Shown in pieces: positions 37,543 to 46,413 of a stretch of 64,000 bases of DNA (within the stretch, counting starts at the first letter, position 1; every line of letters begins with the position of its first letter). Under the pieces are notes generated by a model. It saw nothing but the letters and a program-made list of their open reading frames with translations, ran no database searches and was not told the origin of the DNA. Origin of the DNA: Candidatus Staskawiczbacteria bacterium (GTDB lineage Bacteria > Patescibacteriota > Minisyncoccia > Minisyncoccales > Staskawiczbacteraceae); contig JBAZYR010000005.1 in NCBI GenBank assembly GCA_041659225.1, positions 4,824-68,823 on the forward strand, read 5' to 3'. The position numbers and the translations under genes were made by a program.

Positions 37543-39210
37543 ATGATATCAGCGGTAGACATCGCTCACACATTGGGGCAGTATTTGATCCCCATACTCG
37601 TTATACTGTTCTTCATCGCCGTCATCATCATGCTACGCGTGATGGTGAGCCGCTACCAGAAGATCCCGCCCAATAAGGTGGCGATCATCTTCGGACGCGG
37701 CACCAAGGTTGGGGGTGAGGGACAGATCCAGGGATGCAAGGTCGTCAGCGGCGGAGGCGTATTCGTCTGGCCAGTGTTCCAGTCGATCGACTACATGGAC
37801 ACCGCGGCCTTCCGAATGGCCATCAACGAAACGGGCGTCCCCAACAAAGAGAACGTGGGGATTAACGTTGCGGGTGTGGCGGTCTGCAAGATATCCACCT
37901 CACCCGAGGATCTACAGAGCGCTGCGATGTCCTTTCTCGGCCAGTCGCAGGCCCAGATCCAGGAGACCATCTCCAGCGTCCTCATCGGCCATTTGCGTTC
38001 CATCATCGGTAAGCTGGACATCGACGGAATCCTTCGGGATCGCGATTCCTTCAACCGCATGGTGGTGAACGAGTCGAACCCCGAGTTGAAGCGCATGGGG
38101 ATCCAGATCGTCACCCTGGTCATTCAGGAAGTCAGTGATGAGCACGGCTACATCGCCGCGTTGGGTAAACGTGCGGTGGCCGAAGCCGTCAGGGATGCCG
38201 ATATCAAAGTCGCACAGGCGCAAGCAGCGACGAGAATGTCGGTCAGCCAAGCCCAGCGAGAAGCGTCGGTTGTCGAGGCTCAGAATGCCGTTGCGATTGC
38301 TGATGCGGAAAAGGACCGCGACATCAAACGCGCTACCTTCAAGGCCGCAGCCGACACGGAGTTGGCCTTGGCTAACCAAGCCCTGGCCATTGCCACCGCG
38401 GCACAGGAGCAAATCCTGCGCGTTGCTCAGGCGGATCGGGATACAGCCGCAGCCGACGCACAAACCAAGGTCCAGGAGGCCGAGGCAAAGCGCATGGAGC
38501 AACAGCTCCAGGCCACGGTGATCAAGCCGGCAGAGGCCGAAAAGTCAGCGGCTATCATCAAGGCCGAAGGGCTGAAGCAGGCTGCGATCCTCGAAGCCGA
38601 GGCACAGGGTCAAGTCGTGATTTGCAAAGCCGAAGGCGATGCAACTGCGGCGAAGAAACTGGGTGAAGGTATGGCAGCGCAAACGCTGGCCACTCTCACT
38701 GCCAAGGCTCAGGGCGAAGCCGCCGTGACGGAGCAAGCCTTACTGGCAAAGGCCAAGGGCGAAGCCGCTCAGAAAGGCCTCGTTCTCACAGCCGAAGCCG
38801 AGGGCACGAAAAAGCTGGCGGACGCGCTGGCTCAGATGACCGAATCAGCCCGGCTGATTCTGATTTTGGACCGGTTGCCGATACTGATGGATCGGGGCGG
38901 CGAAGCAGCCTCAAAGGTTGCACAAGCCGTATTTTCCAGCGTTGCGGCACCGTTCGGCCAGATCGACAGCCTGCGGATCGTCGACATGGGCGGTAACGGC
39001 AAAGCGCTCGAAGGGTTAGGCGATATTGTGCCCAACACCGTCTTCAAGTTCCTCGCCGGCATGCAAGCCCGCGGGATCGACATCAAGAAGGTTCTCGCCA
39101 AGCTCGGCATCGACGCCGACGAGATCACCAGTATGCTGAACGAGCTGGGATCGACCATTCGACCGGTCGTGGCAGCCGGAGATCTCGTGTCGGACTCCGA
39201 TCCGGCATAA
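37543..39210 (+). CDS. flotillin/YqiK-like SPFH (band-7) domain protein
   Basis: RBS AAGGAG. N-terminal TM, SPFH domain (YQKIPPNKVAIIFGRG...), and a long Ala/Glu/Gln-rich coiled-coil flotillin region (AQAQAATRMSVSQAQREASVVEAQNA...). Confidence 0.85.
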   Translation: MISAVDIAHTLGQYLIPILVILFFIAVIIMLRVMVSRYQKIPPNKVAIIFGRGTKVGGEGQIQGCKVVSGGGVFVWPVFQSIDYMDTAAFRMAINETGVPNKENVGINVAGVAVCKISTSPEDLQSAAMSFLGQSQAQIQETISSVLIGHLRSIIGKLDIDGILRDRDSFNRMVVNESNPELKRMGIQIVTLVIQEVSDEHGYIAALGKRAVAEAVRDADIKVAQAQAATRMSVSQAQREASVVEAQNAVAIADAEKDRDIKRATFKAAADTELALANQALAIATAAQEQILRVAQADRDTAAADAQTKVQEAEAKRMEQQLQATVIKPAEAEKSAAIIKAEGLKQAAILEAEAQGQVVICKAEGDATAAKKLGEGMAAQTLATLTAKAQGEAAVTEQALLAKAKGEAAQKGLVLTAEAEGTKKLADALAQMTESARLILILDRLPILMDRGGEAASKVAQAVFSSVAAPFGQIDSLRIVDMGGNGKALEGLGDIVPNTVFKFLAGMQARGIDIKKVLAKLGIDADEITSMLNELGSTIRPVVAAGDLVSDSDPA

Positions 39211-39278
39211 GCTGAGTTGGGGAGGCGAGGAGACAATCTTCTCGCCTCCCTCTCTCGGTATAAAGAAGGAGAGATGGC

Positions 39279-39848
39279 ATGCAAAAAGCCCGCGAACAAG
39301 TATCACCACCACTAGTGGTTGTGAGTGAACCGCCGAAAACCGGTGGCGGCGAGGCCTTAACGCCCGGAGCCGCCCAGTTCTATTCCGCGGTTGTCAACCC
39401 ACAGCCAACCGCCGTGGTTATTCATTGCAGCGATCCAAGATTTCAAACCGCTTTCCGCGAATTCATTGAAACGGAATTAGGCCTGTCCGATGGACAGTAT
39501 ATTCCTTTCGTGATCGCGGGAGGAGCTGGAGTGTTGAGCCGACCTGAGGCCCTGCCGAAGGAATTCCGCTTCATGCGGGAGCGCCTGGAACTCTTCCGAG
39601 AGCACTTCAAATCGATAAGGCGGGTAATCCTGATCAACCATGAGGACTGCGCATACTATCATAGTTTGTGCGAAAAAAGCTGGGCTCTCCGAACTCTCGC
39701 GCACCTTTTGCCGCGGGATGACATGAAGCTCATCGCTCAGGTTTTTCATCGCTTGCTGTCCCACCTTGGGATGCAAGTGGAACTCTATCACGCAAAGTTC
39801 TCCGATGACGAACGCACGCGAATCGTGTTTGAGCGAATAGAGCAATAG
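39279..39848 (+). CDS. divergent beta-carbonic-anhydrase-like protein (CxDxR ... HxDC), paralog of 33567-34028
   Basis: RBS GAAGGAG. Motifs VVIHCSDPRF, FVIAGGAGVL, LINHEDCAYY, with the same order and spacing as the cassette D protein. Confidence 0.5.
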   Translation: MQKAREQVSPPLVVVSEPPKTGGGEALTPGAAQFYSAVVNPQPTAVVIHCSDPRFQTAFREFIETELGLSDGQYIPFVIAGGAGVLSRPEALPKEFRFMRERLELFREHFKSIRRVILINHEDCAYYHSLCEKSWALRTLAHLLPRDDMKLIAQVFHRLLSHLGMQVELYHAKFSDDERTRIVFERIEQ

Positions 39849-39907
39849 AAATAACTTTCAAACCCCAAAGGACTCTAACCTGCGGGGTCTTCTTTTATAC
39901 CAAATCA

Positions 39908-39937
39908 TTGACACATATTCTGAGAGGGGGATATAAT
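39908..39937 (+). promoter_or_regulatory. consensus sigma-70 promoter of an ORF-poor unit
   Basis: TTGACA, 18-nt spacer, TATAAT. Confidence 0.5.
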
Positions 39938-40018
39938 ATAATAATTGTTGCGCTATTTGCTTCGCAATGTGCGAGCAAAGCGCTCCGAAGGTCGCTCGTT
40001 TACAAGGAGTACGGTGTC

Positions 40019-40117
40019 ATGTGCAAGATCGTTTTGTTTCGCGGGATTTGCAGTGGCCAGAGTGCGGACAAGATCATCGTCAGCACGACGGTCGTGGCGG
40101 CGCCGCTCCTAGCCTAG
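40019..40117 (+). CDS. candidate micro-ORF a (32 aa)
   Basis: ACAAGGAG, 9 nt, then ATG. Encodes MCKIVLFRGICSGQSADKIIVSTTVVAAPLLA. No homology recognisable. Confidence 0.25.
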   Translation: MCKIVLFRGICSGQSADKIIVSTTVVAAPLLA

Positions 40118-40231
40118 TTGGGACATGGGAGCAGACCAGTCGTCTGTAGGCAACGCGCACACATTCAAAACTGGCATCGCTAAGTTGCGAGGCCACCCGA
40201 GTGGAAGACCACACACAAGGAGAACCTGACA

Positions 40232-40378
40232 ATGACCAACACAAAGTGGCCGACTGGCCACGGGACGACCAACAGCAAATGCTCACGGCGCAAGAAGAAC
40301 CTGGCGGGGCATAACTCCAGAAGCAAGGGGCACGCCGCCGCCCATCACATTCACGCACATAGCCAGCACACAGGCTGA
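40232..40378 (+). CDS. candidate micro-ORF b (48 aa, basic, His-rich)
   Basis: ACAAGGAG, 9 nt, then ATG, the same RBS context as micro-ORF a. Encodes MTNTKWPTGHGTTNSKCSRRKKNLAGHNSRSKGHAAAHHIHAHSQHTG. Too short for the ORF track. Confidence 0.3.
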   Translation: MTNTKWPTGHGTTNSKCSRRKKNLAGHNSRSKGHAAAHHIHAHSQHTG

Positions 40379-40428
40379 TGACAAGGCCTAGCCTGGTGAG
40401 GGCGCACAGAGGCGCCGTATAGGCGCAG

Positions 40429-40472
40429 GGGAGCAGGTAAGCTATAAAGGGCTTTCCTCGCTCCCTTTTTTT
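40429..40472 (+). terminator. intrinsic terminator of the 39.9-40.5 kb unit
   Basis: GGGAGCAGG, 22-nt loop, CCTcGCTCCC, followed by ttttttt. Confidence 0.65.
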
Positions 40473-40482
40473 ATTTGTTCTC

Positions 40483-40509
40483 TTATCACTCTTGACAAGA
40501 GAGTGATAT
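40483..40509 (+). promoter_or_regulatory. CIRCE-like HrcA operator overlapping the hrcA promoter
   Basis: TTATCACTC-N9-GAGTGATAT versus the CIRCE consensus TTAGCACTC-N9-GAGTGCTAA. The 9-nt spacer contains TTGACA, which sits 17 nt upstream of TATCAT. Confidence 0.7.
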
Positions 40510-40529
40510 TTTCTTATCATACAAATATC

Positions 40530-41246
40530 ATGGATTCCTTAACTAAAAGACAAGAGAAAATTCTGGAGGCTTTAATTAACGAATACGTTAAGACAGCCGA
40601 ACCTGTAAGTTCAAAACTCTTGGCAAAGAAGAGGGAATTTGATATATGCCCGGCAACCATCAGGAACGAACTGCAGGAGCTAACGGACAAAGGATATATT
40701 TATCAGCCCCATACGTCAGCGGGCAGGGCACCGACAACAAAGGCCTACCGGTTTTTTGTCGATAGGGTTTTTAATATCGAGCATGATTTATCCTTCGAAA
40801 CCTTTTTTGATATGTTCAATGAAATTGAAGAACGGACCCGCGACGAGTTTAAATATATCGAGGAAGTATCAAAGAACCTTGCTTCTGAAACCTCGAATCT
40901 CATCCTAACTTATCTTGAAGGCCGGGATTTTGTACTTAAGGAAGGTTGGGAAGATATTCTGCAGAACCCGGAATTTTTAGAAAAGTCATTCTTAGATAAA
41001 TTTATTCAAGAGGTTGAGTATCTGGAGAAGAATATTAAAAAGATAGCTGCAGAAAGCAATTCGGAGATAAACGTATACATCGGCAACGAAAACCCAATTA
41101 TGAAATCGGACGGATTCAGTTTGATTGTCACAAAAGGAGTGTTCCCGAACAATGAAAAAGGGGTAGTGGTGATGCTCGGGCCTTCGCGAACAGGATACGA
41201 ACGGAATATTTCACTTTTAAAATCATTAATTAAATCTTTGGAATAA
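40530..41246 (+). CDS. hrcA: heat-inducible transcription repressor HrcA (short form)
   Basis: LTKRQEKILEALINEYVKTAEPVSSKLL winged-helix N-terminus. Position upstream of grpE-dnaK-dnaJ. The ATG at 40530 lies downstream of the operator. Confidence 0.8.
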   Translation: MDSLTKRQEKILEALINEYVKTAEPVSSKLLAKKREFDICPATIRNELQELTDKGYIYQPHTSAGRAPTTKAYRFFVDRVFNIEHDLSFETFFDMFNEIEERTRDEFKYIEEVSKNLASETSNLILTYLEGRDFVLKEGWEDILQNPEFLEKSFLDKFIQEVEYLEKNIKKIAAESNSEINVYIGNENPIMKSDGFSLIVTKGVFPNNEKGVVVMLGPSRTGYERNISLLKSLIKSLE

Positions 41247-41247
41247 C

Positions 41248-41757
41248 ATGCATAAAAAAGATGATACAATCGCCGACGACGTTTCCCCTGAAGATACTTC
41301 GCCTGAGCCAAACCTGATCGAAGAGCTAAAGAAGCAAAAAGAAGAGTATCTAAGCGGCTGGAAGCGCGAAAGAGCAGATTTCCTGAACTATAAGCGCGAG
41401 GAGATGGAAAGAATTACAGATTTAATGAAATATGCTTCCGCTGAGTTGATTATAAAACTGTTGCCGATACTTGATAACTTCATGGTTGCAGAGCAAAATA
41501 TCCCACCGGAAGTTAAAGAAGATAAAAATATCGCAGGGCTTTTACAGATAAACCAGCAGTTAAAAGTTTTTCTGAAGTCTCAAGGCATTGAAGAAATAAA
41601 GGCAGTGGGAGAGAAATTCGATCCAAATTTCCATGAGGCAGTCGACGAAATAGAAGCGGAAGGAAAGGAGCACGGAATAATTGTCGAAGAAACTCAGCGC
41701 GGCTATACGCTGTATTCCAAAGTAATTAGGCCGTCAAAAGTAAAAATTGCAAAATAA
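41248..41757 (+). CDS. grpE: nucleotide exchange factor GrpE
   Basis: [29 protein letters not shown], and synteny. Confidence 0.9.
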   Translation: MHKKDDTIADDVSPEDTSPEPNLIEELKKQKEEYLSGWKRERADFLNYKREEMERITDLMKYASAELIIKLLPILDNFMVAEQNIPPEVKEDKNIAGLLQINQQLKVFLKSQGIEEIKAVGEKFDPNFHEAVDEIEAEGKEHGIIVEETQRGYTLYSKVIRPSKVKIAK

Positions 41758-41774
41758 TTAAAATAATAAAAAAC

Positions 41775-43682
41775 ATGTCAAAAATTATTGGTATTGATCT
41801 CGGTACAACATTCTCGGCCGTTGCTGTTATGGAGGCCGGCCAGGCAAAAATCGTCGAAAACAAGGAAGGAACCAGAACTACGCCTTCAATTGTGGCAATG
41901 ACTAAAGCCGGCGAGAGGCTCGCTGGAGTTTTAGCCCGCAGGCAGCAAATTACAAACCCTAAAAATACTATTTATTCCGTCAAAAGATTAATCGGCCGAA
42001 GATTTTCGGATAAAGAAGTCCAGACCGATAAAAAACTTCTGCCATACGAAATGAAGGAAGCCAACGACGGCGGAGTGGAAGTCAAACTTGGGGACAAGTG
42101 GCACAAAGCACCGGAAATATCTGCAATGATTTTACAAAAGCTACGACAGGACGCCGAAGAAAAACTCGGAGAAAAAATAACTGATGCAGTTATTACCTGC
42201 CCGGCATACTTTGACGACTCTCAAAGGAAAGCTACAAAAGTGGCGGGAGAAATTGCGGGCTTGAATGTAAAAATGATATTGAATGAACCAACAGCTGCTG
42301 CCTTAGCTTATGGCTTAAACAAGAAAAAGAACGAACAGGTATTAGTTTATGACTTCGGCGGAGGAACCTTCGACGTTTCCGTATTGGATATCAGGAAGGA
42401 TCCGGACACGGTTGAGGTAATCGGCGTTGGAGGAGATACGCACCTTGGCGGTGATGACTTTGACCAGAAAGTAATGGGCTGGATTATTGATACCTTTAAA
42501 AAAGAGCAGGGGATTGATTTATCAAAAGATCAGCTAGCCCTGCAAAGAATCAAGGAGGCGGCTGAGAAAGCAAAGATTGAATTATCCACCGCTATGGAAA
42601 CGGAGATAAATCTTCCGTTTATTACGTCGGACGCATCCGGTCCTCAACATCTTTACTACAAACTAACTCGGGCTCAATTAGAAAATTTAGTTAAGGAATA
42701 TCTTGACCGATCCATTAAATTGGTTGACGAAACCTTGAAAGGAGCAAAGCTATCGGCCAAAGATATCGAGGAAATTGTTTTAGTCGGCGGACAAACAAGA
42801 ATGCCCGCAATGCAGGAAGCTGTAAAACAATACTTCGGAAAGGAACCGAATAAATCCATCAACCCGGATGAAGTTGTTGCCATCGGCGCGGCCATTCAAG
42901 GCGCAATAATGGGCGGAGATGCAAAAGAAGTTTTACTCTTAGATGCAACTCCATTGTCTTTAGGCATTGAAACCTACGGAGAGGTAAATACTGTTTTGAT
43001 TGCTAAAAACACGATTTATCCTGCCTCCAAGACCCAGGTCTTTTCAACCGCTGCGGACAGCCAAACCTCGGTAGAAGTTCATGTACTGCAGGGTGAAAGG
43101 CCAATGGCGCATGATAACAAAACAATGGGCCGGTTCATTTTAGACGGTATTCCGCCAGCTCCGCGCGGTGTCCCCCAGGTTGAAGTCAGTTTTGACGTTG
43201 ATTCAAACGGAATTCTTAATGTATCAGCTAAGGATAAGGCAACCGGCAAATCCCAGTCGATACGAATTGAGGGAACTATTGGAATGTCAAAGGATGAAAT
43301 AGAGAAAATGACGAAGGAAGCGGAATTGCACGCTGAAGAGGATCGCAAGAAAAAAGACTTGATTGAATCAAGGAACCTAGCGGACCATTTAATATATACC
43401 TGCGAAAAAACCATTAAAGACGCAGGCGACAAGATTTCCCCTGAGCAGAAAAAAGAAGTTGAGGAGAAGTCTGAAGCGTTGAAGAAACTAAAAGATGGTG
43501 ATAATATAGAAGAAATTAAAGCAAAAACCCAGGAGTTGTCTCAAATAATTCAGAAGATTGGAACAGATTTGTATAAAGCGCAGCAAACACAACCCGGACC
43601 ACAGCCCGAAACACAGCCGGGTAATGAAGAAAAAAAGGGACCCGAAGGGGCCGAGGAAGGGGAGTATAAAGAGAAAAAATAA
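41775..43682 (+). CDS. dnaK: molecular chaperone DnaK (Hsp70)
   Basis: [38 protein letters not shown]. Confidence 0.97.
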   Translation: MSKIIGIDLGTTFSAVAVMEAGQAKIVENKEGTRTTPSIVAMTKAGERLAGVLARRQQITNPKNTIYSVKRLIGRRFSDKEVQTDKKLLPYEMKEANDGGVEVKLGDKWHKAPEISAMILQKLRQDAEEKLGEKITDAVITCPAYFDDSQRKATKVAGEIAGLNVKMILNEPTAAALAYGLNKKKNEQVLVYDFGGGTFDVSVLDIRKDPDTVEVIGVGGDTHLGGDDFDQKVMGWIIDTFKKEQGIDLSKDQLALQRIKEAAEKAKIELSTAMETEINLPFITSDASGPQHLYYKLTRAQLENLVKEYLDRSIKLVDETLKGAKLSAKDIEEIVLVGGQTRMPAMQEAVKQYFGKEPNKSINPDEVVAIGAAIQGAIMGGDAKEVLLLDATPLSLGIETYGEVNTVLIAKNTIYPASKTQVFSTAADSQTSVEVHVLQGERPMAHDNKTMGRFILDGIPPAPRGVPQVEVSFDVDSNGILNVSAKDKATGKSQSIRIEGTIGMSKDEIEKMTKEAELHAEEDRKKKDLIESRNLADHLIYTCEKTIKDAGDKISPEQKKEVEEKSEALKKLKDGDNIEEIKAKTQELSQIIQKIGTDLYKAQQTQPGPQPETQPGNEEKKGPEGAEEGEYKEKK

Positions 43683-43685
43683 TAA

Positions 43686-44780
43686 ATGCCAAAGGATTAC
43701 TACGCAATTTTAGGCGTCGCTAAAAATGCTTCTCAAGAAGAGGTGAAAAAAGCTTTTCACCAGCTTGCGCATAAACATCATCCTCACAAGGGCGGAGACG
43801 AAAAGAAATTTAAGGAGATAAACGAAGCATACCAAGTTCTTTCGAGCAAAGAGAAAAGGGCGCAGTATGATCAATTCGGCCAGGTTTTTGACGGCGCAAA
43901 CCCCGGCGGAGGCCAGCAAGGATGGGATCCTAATTGGTTTTGGGGGAGGCAAGGTCAAAATGTTGAGTTTGATATGGGCGACCTCGGAGATGTGTTTGGT
44001 GACATATTCGGTTTTAATTCGCGCAGCAATCGAAGAACAAAAGATATTAAAAAGGGTTCGGATATAAAAATCGAACTGGAAATATCTTTAGAAGATACAC
44101 TGAGGGAATCCAAAAAAATTATTTCCCTCAAAAAATTAAATGCCTGTGGCCGCTGCCAAGGAAACGGGGCCGAGCCGGGGACGAAAGTAAACGAATGCTT
44201 TTCTTGTCGGGGTACAGGCCAAGTCCAGCAGATAAGAAAGACGATACTTGGATCTTTTACCCAGACCACAATATGCCCTGAGTGCGGAGGAGAAGGCCAA
44301 CGACCTGATAAACCCTGTAATGTTTGCCGCGGCGAAGGCAGGGTAAAAGGGGAACAGGATATAGAAATATTCGTTCCTGCTGGAGTTGATACAAATCAAC
44401 TGATCAAAATACCTGGAAAGGGTAACGCCGGCAGGAAGAACGGAAAGCCGGGCGATTTGTATATCCGAATAAGCGTAAAACCGCATGCGATTTTTAACCG
44501 AAGAGGAGATGATTTGTTTATCTTAAAGGAAATCGCTTTCAGTCAGGCGGCACTGGGAGATGAGATTGAAATACCAACTATAGAACGAACCGCCATTCTT
44601 TTAAACGTTCCCTCTGGCGTAGAATCGGGAAAAGTGTTAAAAATATCTGGTAAGGGAATTCCTCGCTTTGGAGGCCGGGGAAGAGGGGATTTCTACGTCC
44701 AATTGATCGTTAAAACGCCGACAAAATTAAGCAGAAAACAGAAAGAATTGCTTGAACAATTAAAAAGAGAGGGTCTTTAG
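43686..44780 (+). CDS. dnaJ: molecular chaperone DnaJ
   Basis: DYYAILGV...HPHKGG J-domain (HPH in place of HPD), Gly-rich linker, and four CxxCxGxG zinc-finger repeats. Confidence 0.95.
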   Translation: MPKDYYAILGVAKNASQEEVKKAFHQLAHKHHPHKGGDEKKFKEINEAYQVLSSKEKRAQYDQFGQVFDGANPGGGQQGWDPNWFWGRQGQNVEFDMGDLGDVFGDIFGFNSRSNRRTKDIKKGSDIKIELEISLEDTLRESKKIISLKKLNACGRCQGNGAEPGTKVNECFSCRGTGQVQQIRKTILGSFTQTTICPECGGEGQRPDKPCNVCRGEGRVKGEQDIEIFVPAGVDTNQLIKIPGKGNAGRKNGKPGDLYIRISVKPHAIFNRRGDDLFILKEIAFSQAALGDEIEIPTIERTAILLNVPSGVESGKVLKISGKGIPRFGGRGRGDFYVQLIVKTPTKLSRKQKELLEQLKREGL

Positions 44781-44790
44781 GATATATCAC

Positions 44791-44865
44791 GCCCCTATAA
44801 CTCAATGGTAGAGTAACAGCCTTTTAAGCTGTGAGTTGCAGGTTCGAGTCCTGCTGGGGGCACCA
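44791..44865 (+). tRNA. tRNA-Lys (UUU), CCA encoded
   Basis: Hand-folded cloverleaf. Acceptor GCCCCTA/TGGGGGC, anticodon loop CTTTTAA, T-arm GCAGG-TTCGAGT-CCTGC, then A-CCA. Confidence 0.9.
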
Positions 44866-44869
44866 AATT

Positions 44870-44890
44870 AATCCCGTTAGGGATTTTTTT
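44870..44890 (+). terminator. intrinsic terminator after tRNA-Lys
   Basis: AATCCC-gtta-GGGATT followed by ttttt, running directly into TTGACA (44889) of the next cassette promoter (16-nt spacer, TAATAT). Confidence 0.7.
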
Positions 44891-44952
44891 GACAAATAAC
44901 AAAATTGTGATAATATATTTCTGACGTCCTTTTACAAAGAGGGAGGTAAACA

Positions 44953-45774
44953 ATGGCATTGCGGGTAGCGATTTTTGGACCTTCAGGGATCGGTAAAACC
45001 CCCCTGAATAGTTTATTCAAAGTTTCCACCTGGGAACCATTTCGCATTCGATCTCCTCGGAACAAGGCCGAAGAGGGGATTTGCATGTCTCAACGCCGGT
45101 TTGAGCAATTGTTCGCCCAACAAAGCGGGAAAATCCCTATATACCGGGATCCAGACCCTTTAACGCGTCGCTTATACATATTCGAGGACTGGTCATTCTT
45201 CCGAATTCGCGGGACAGCCGATCAGTGCTTGGAGCATATCCCCGCAGCACGGGATTCTTCCCTGCCTTTGAAGATAGAAATCTATGCACCGATTTTTCTT
45301 CAGCTGTTGCGCCTTCATGGCCAATTTCCTGAAATAGCCGAAAAGGTCGTGTCGTGCGATAACAAGGATTTACTGATCATACTGCTAAATCCGACTGGAT
45401 TGACATACCTGGGAATGGAAAAGCCGATTAAACAATTGCGATCTGCCACTTTTACGGCGGTAGTAGAGCGGGCCCGCGTCCAGAATCTAAGCCGCAACCT
45501 TGACGAGGCGCGTCAAAGGGCCGACTATCTCGATGAGGAGCTGCCGGCTTGGCGGGAATTAATGAGCGATGGTTATCCGGTTGTTGAATGCATCTATTGG
45601 CCATACTTTGAATTCAGTTACGGATCTGGCGACCTGGCCCGCGCTCGTGTTCAACTTATGACCGCACGCCAATACATAATCGACTGCATCAGGAAGCAGT
45701 ATCCGCACAAACTTGCGGAATTCCTGGATATAATCCGAACGCCGATGGAAATATCGAAGCTCGCCTGCATATGA
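44953..45774 (+). CDS. P-loop protein, guanylate-kinase-like (GC-rich cassette)
   Basis: RBS GGGAGG. GPSGIGKTPL matches the GPSGxGK(S/T) guanylate-kinase P-loop, followed by RIRSPRNKAEEG (compare TTRxPRxGE). The rest is unrecognisable. Confidence 0.4.
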   Translation: MALRVAIFGPSGIGKTPLNSLFKVSTWEPFRIRSPRNKAEEGICMSQRRFEQLFAQQSGKIPIYRDPDPLTRRLYIFEDWSFFRIRGTADQCLEHIPAARDSSLPLKIEIYAPIFLQLLRLHGQFPEIAEKVVSCDNKDLLIILLNPTGLTYLGMEKPIKQLRSATFTAVVERARVQNLSRNLDEARQRADYLDEELPAWRELMSDGYPVVECIYWPYFEFSYGSGDLARARVQLMTARQYIIDCIRKQYPHKLAEFLDIIRTPMEISKLACI

Positions 45775-45935
45775 GCGACGAAGGATATTTTTTCCTCGTC
45801 CTTTTCATCACCATAATTGTTATTGGTATTTACAAAAAATGTAAAACATAATACGTCAGCTAATCCAAGCCCTACGGGATCCGTTGGGGATTTTTTTTAC
45901 TTGCAAATATTTATGCAAGAAATTATAATACAGAC

Positions 45936-46034
45936 ATGGCAAACATTCTTTATAAAAAAGTACCGCCTTCGATTGCGTACGGCCTCATTTTGGTCTTATC
46001 AGTTCTGGTGGGTGGATTCAGCTTTTTACAATAA
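45936..46034 (+). CDS. candidate leaderless small membrane peptide (32 aa)
   Basis: TTGCAA (45901), 17-nt spacer, TATAAT (45924-29), then ATG 6 nt later. Encodes MANILYKKVPPSIAYGLILVLSVLVGGFSFLQ. Followed by the terminator CGCACA..TGTGCG plus T7 (46060-46093). Confidence 0.25.
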   Translation: MANILYKKVPPSIAYGLILVLSVLVGGFSFLQ

Positions 46035-46170
46035 GGCAGAATTTGCGTAATACTGGTACCGCACAGCTTTCTTTGTTTGTTGTGCGTTTTTTTGACAAAA
46101 CCTTAGGAATTTTGTATTCTATGTTTGGCGCCTTAACAATACTTGGTACTAAACAAACAAGGAGGTTCTC

Positions 46171-46413
46171 ATGAAAGGTTTGCTTTTTAATGATCTTTGC
46201 TACAATCGAGCTAATACTTTGGACCACCGGCAAAGTTGGTGTGTCCAAATAAACGGGAAAAGATGTCATCTCATTTGCCACACTAAAGGTACTGCAGAAA
46301 AGCCCGAACATGATATAAAGGTCGGATATTGCGACGAAACCTGCGGGAAATACGCAGCTGTGCCTGCGGATATTTGGAAAGAAGCTCTCAGACAAATCGG
46401 GCTATTGCCCTAG
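46171..46413 (+). CDS. small Cys-rich hypothetical protein
   Basis: TTGACA (46092), 17-nt spacer, TATTCT promoter. RBS AAGGAGG. 7 Cys in 80 aa (C10, C24, C32, C36, C54, C58 and others). Terminator at 46441-46478. Confidence 0.4.
   Translation: MKGLLFNDLCYNRANTLDHRQSWCVQINGKRCHLICHTKGTAEKPEHDIKVGYCDETCGKYAAVPADIWKEALRQIGLLP

Noticed and set aside
37709-39312. Multiple long alternative-frame and antisense ORFs within the flotillin gene (e.g. 37912-38502 minus 196 aa, 38832-39299 minus 155 aa, 37709-38068 plus, 38135-38521 plus)
   Set aside because: All lie inside a well-supported SPFH/flotillin CDS. They are Arg/Pro/Ser-rich, as expected for off-frame translation of GC-rich coding DNA.
40080-40520. 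146-aa minus-strand ORF covering the 39.9-40.5 kb unit
   Set aside because: It starts inside the hrcA promoter/CIRCE element. It is Cys/Arg/Ser/Ala-rich with no motif, has no RBS, and is antisense to two SD-preceded micro-ORFs. This is typical GC-rich shadow frame behaviour.
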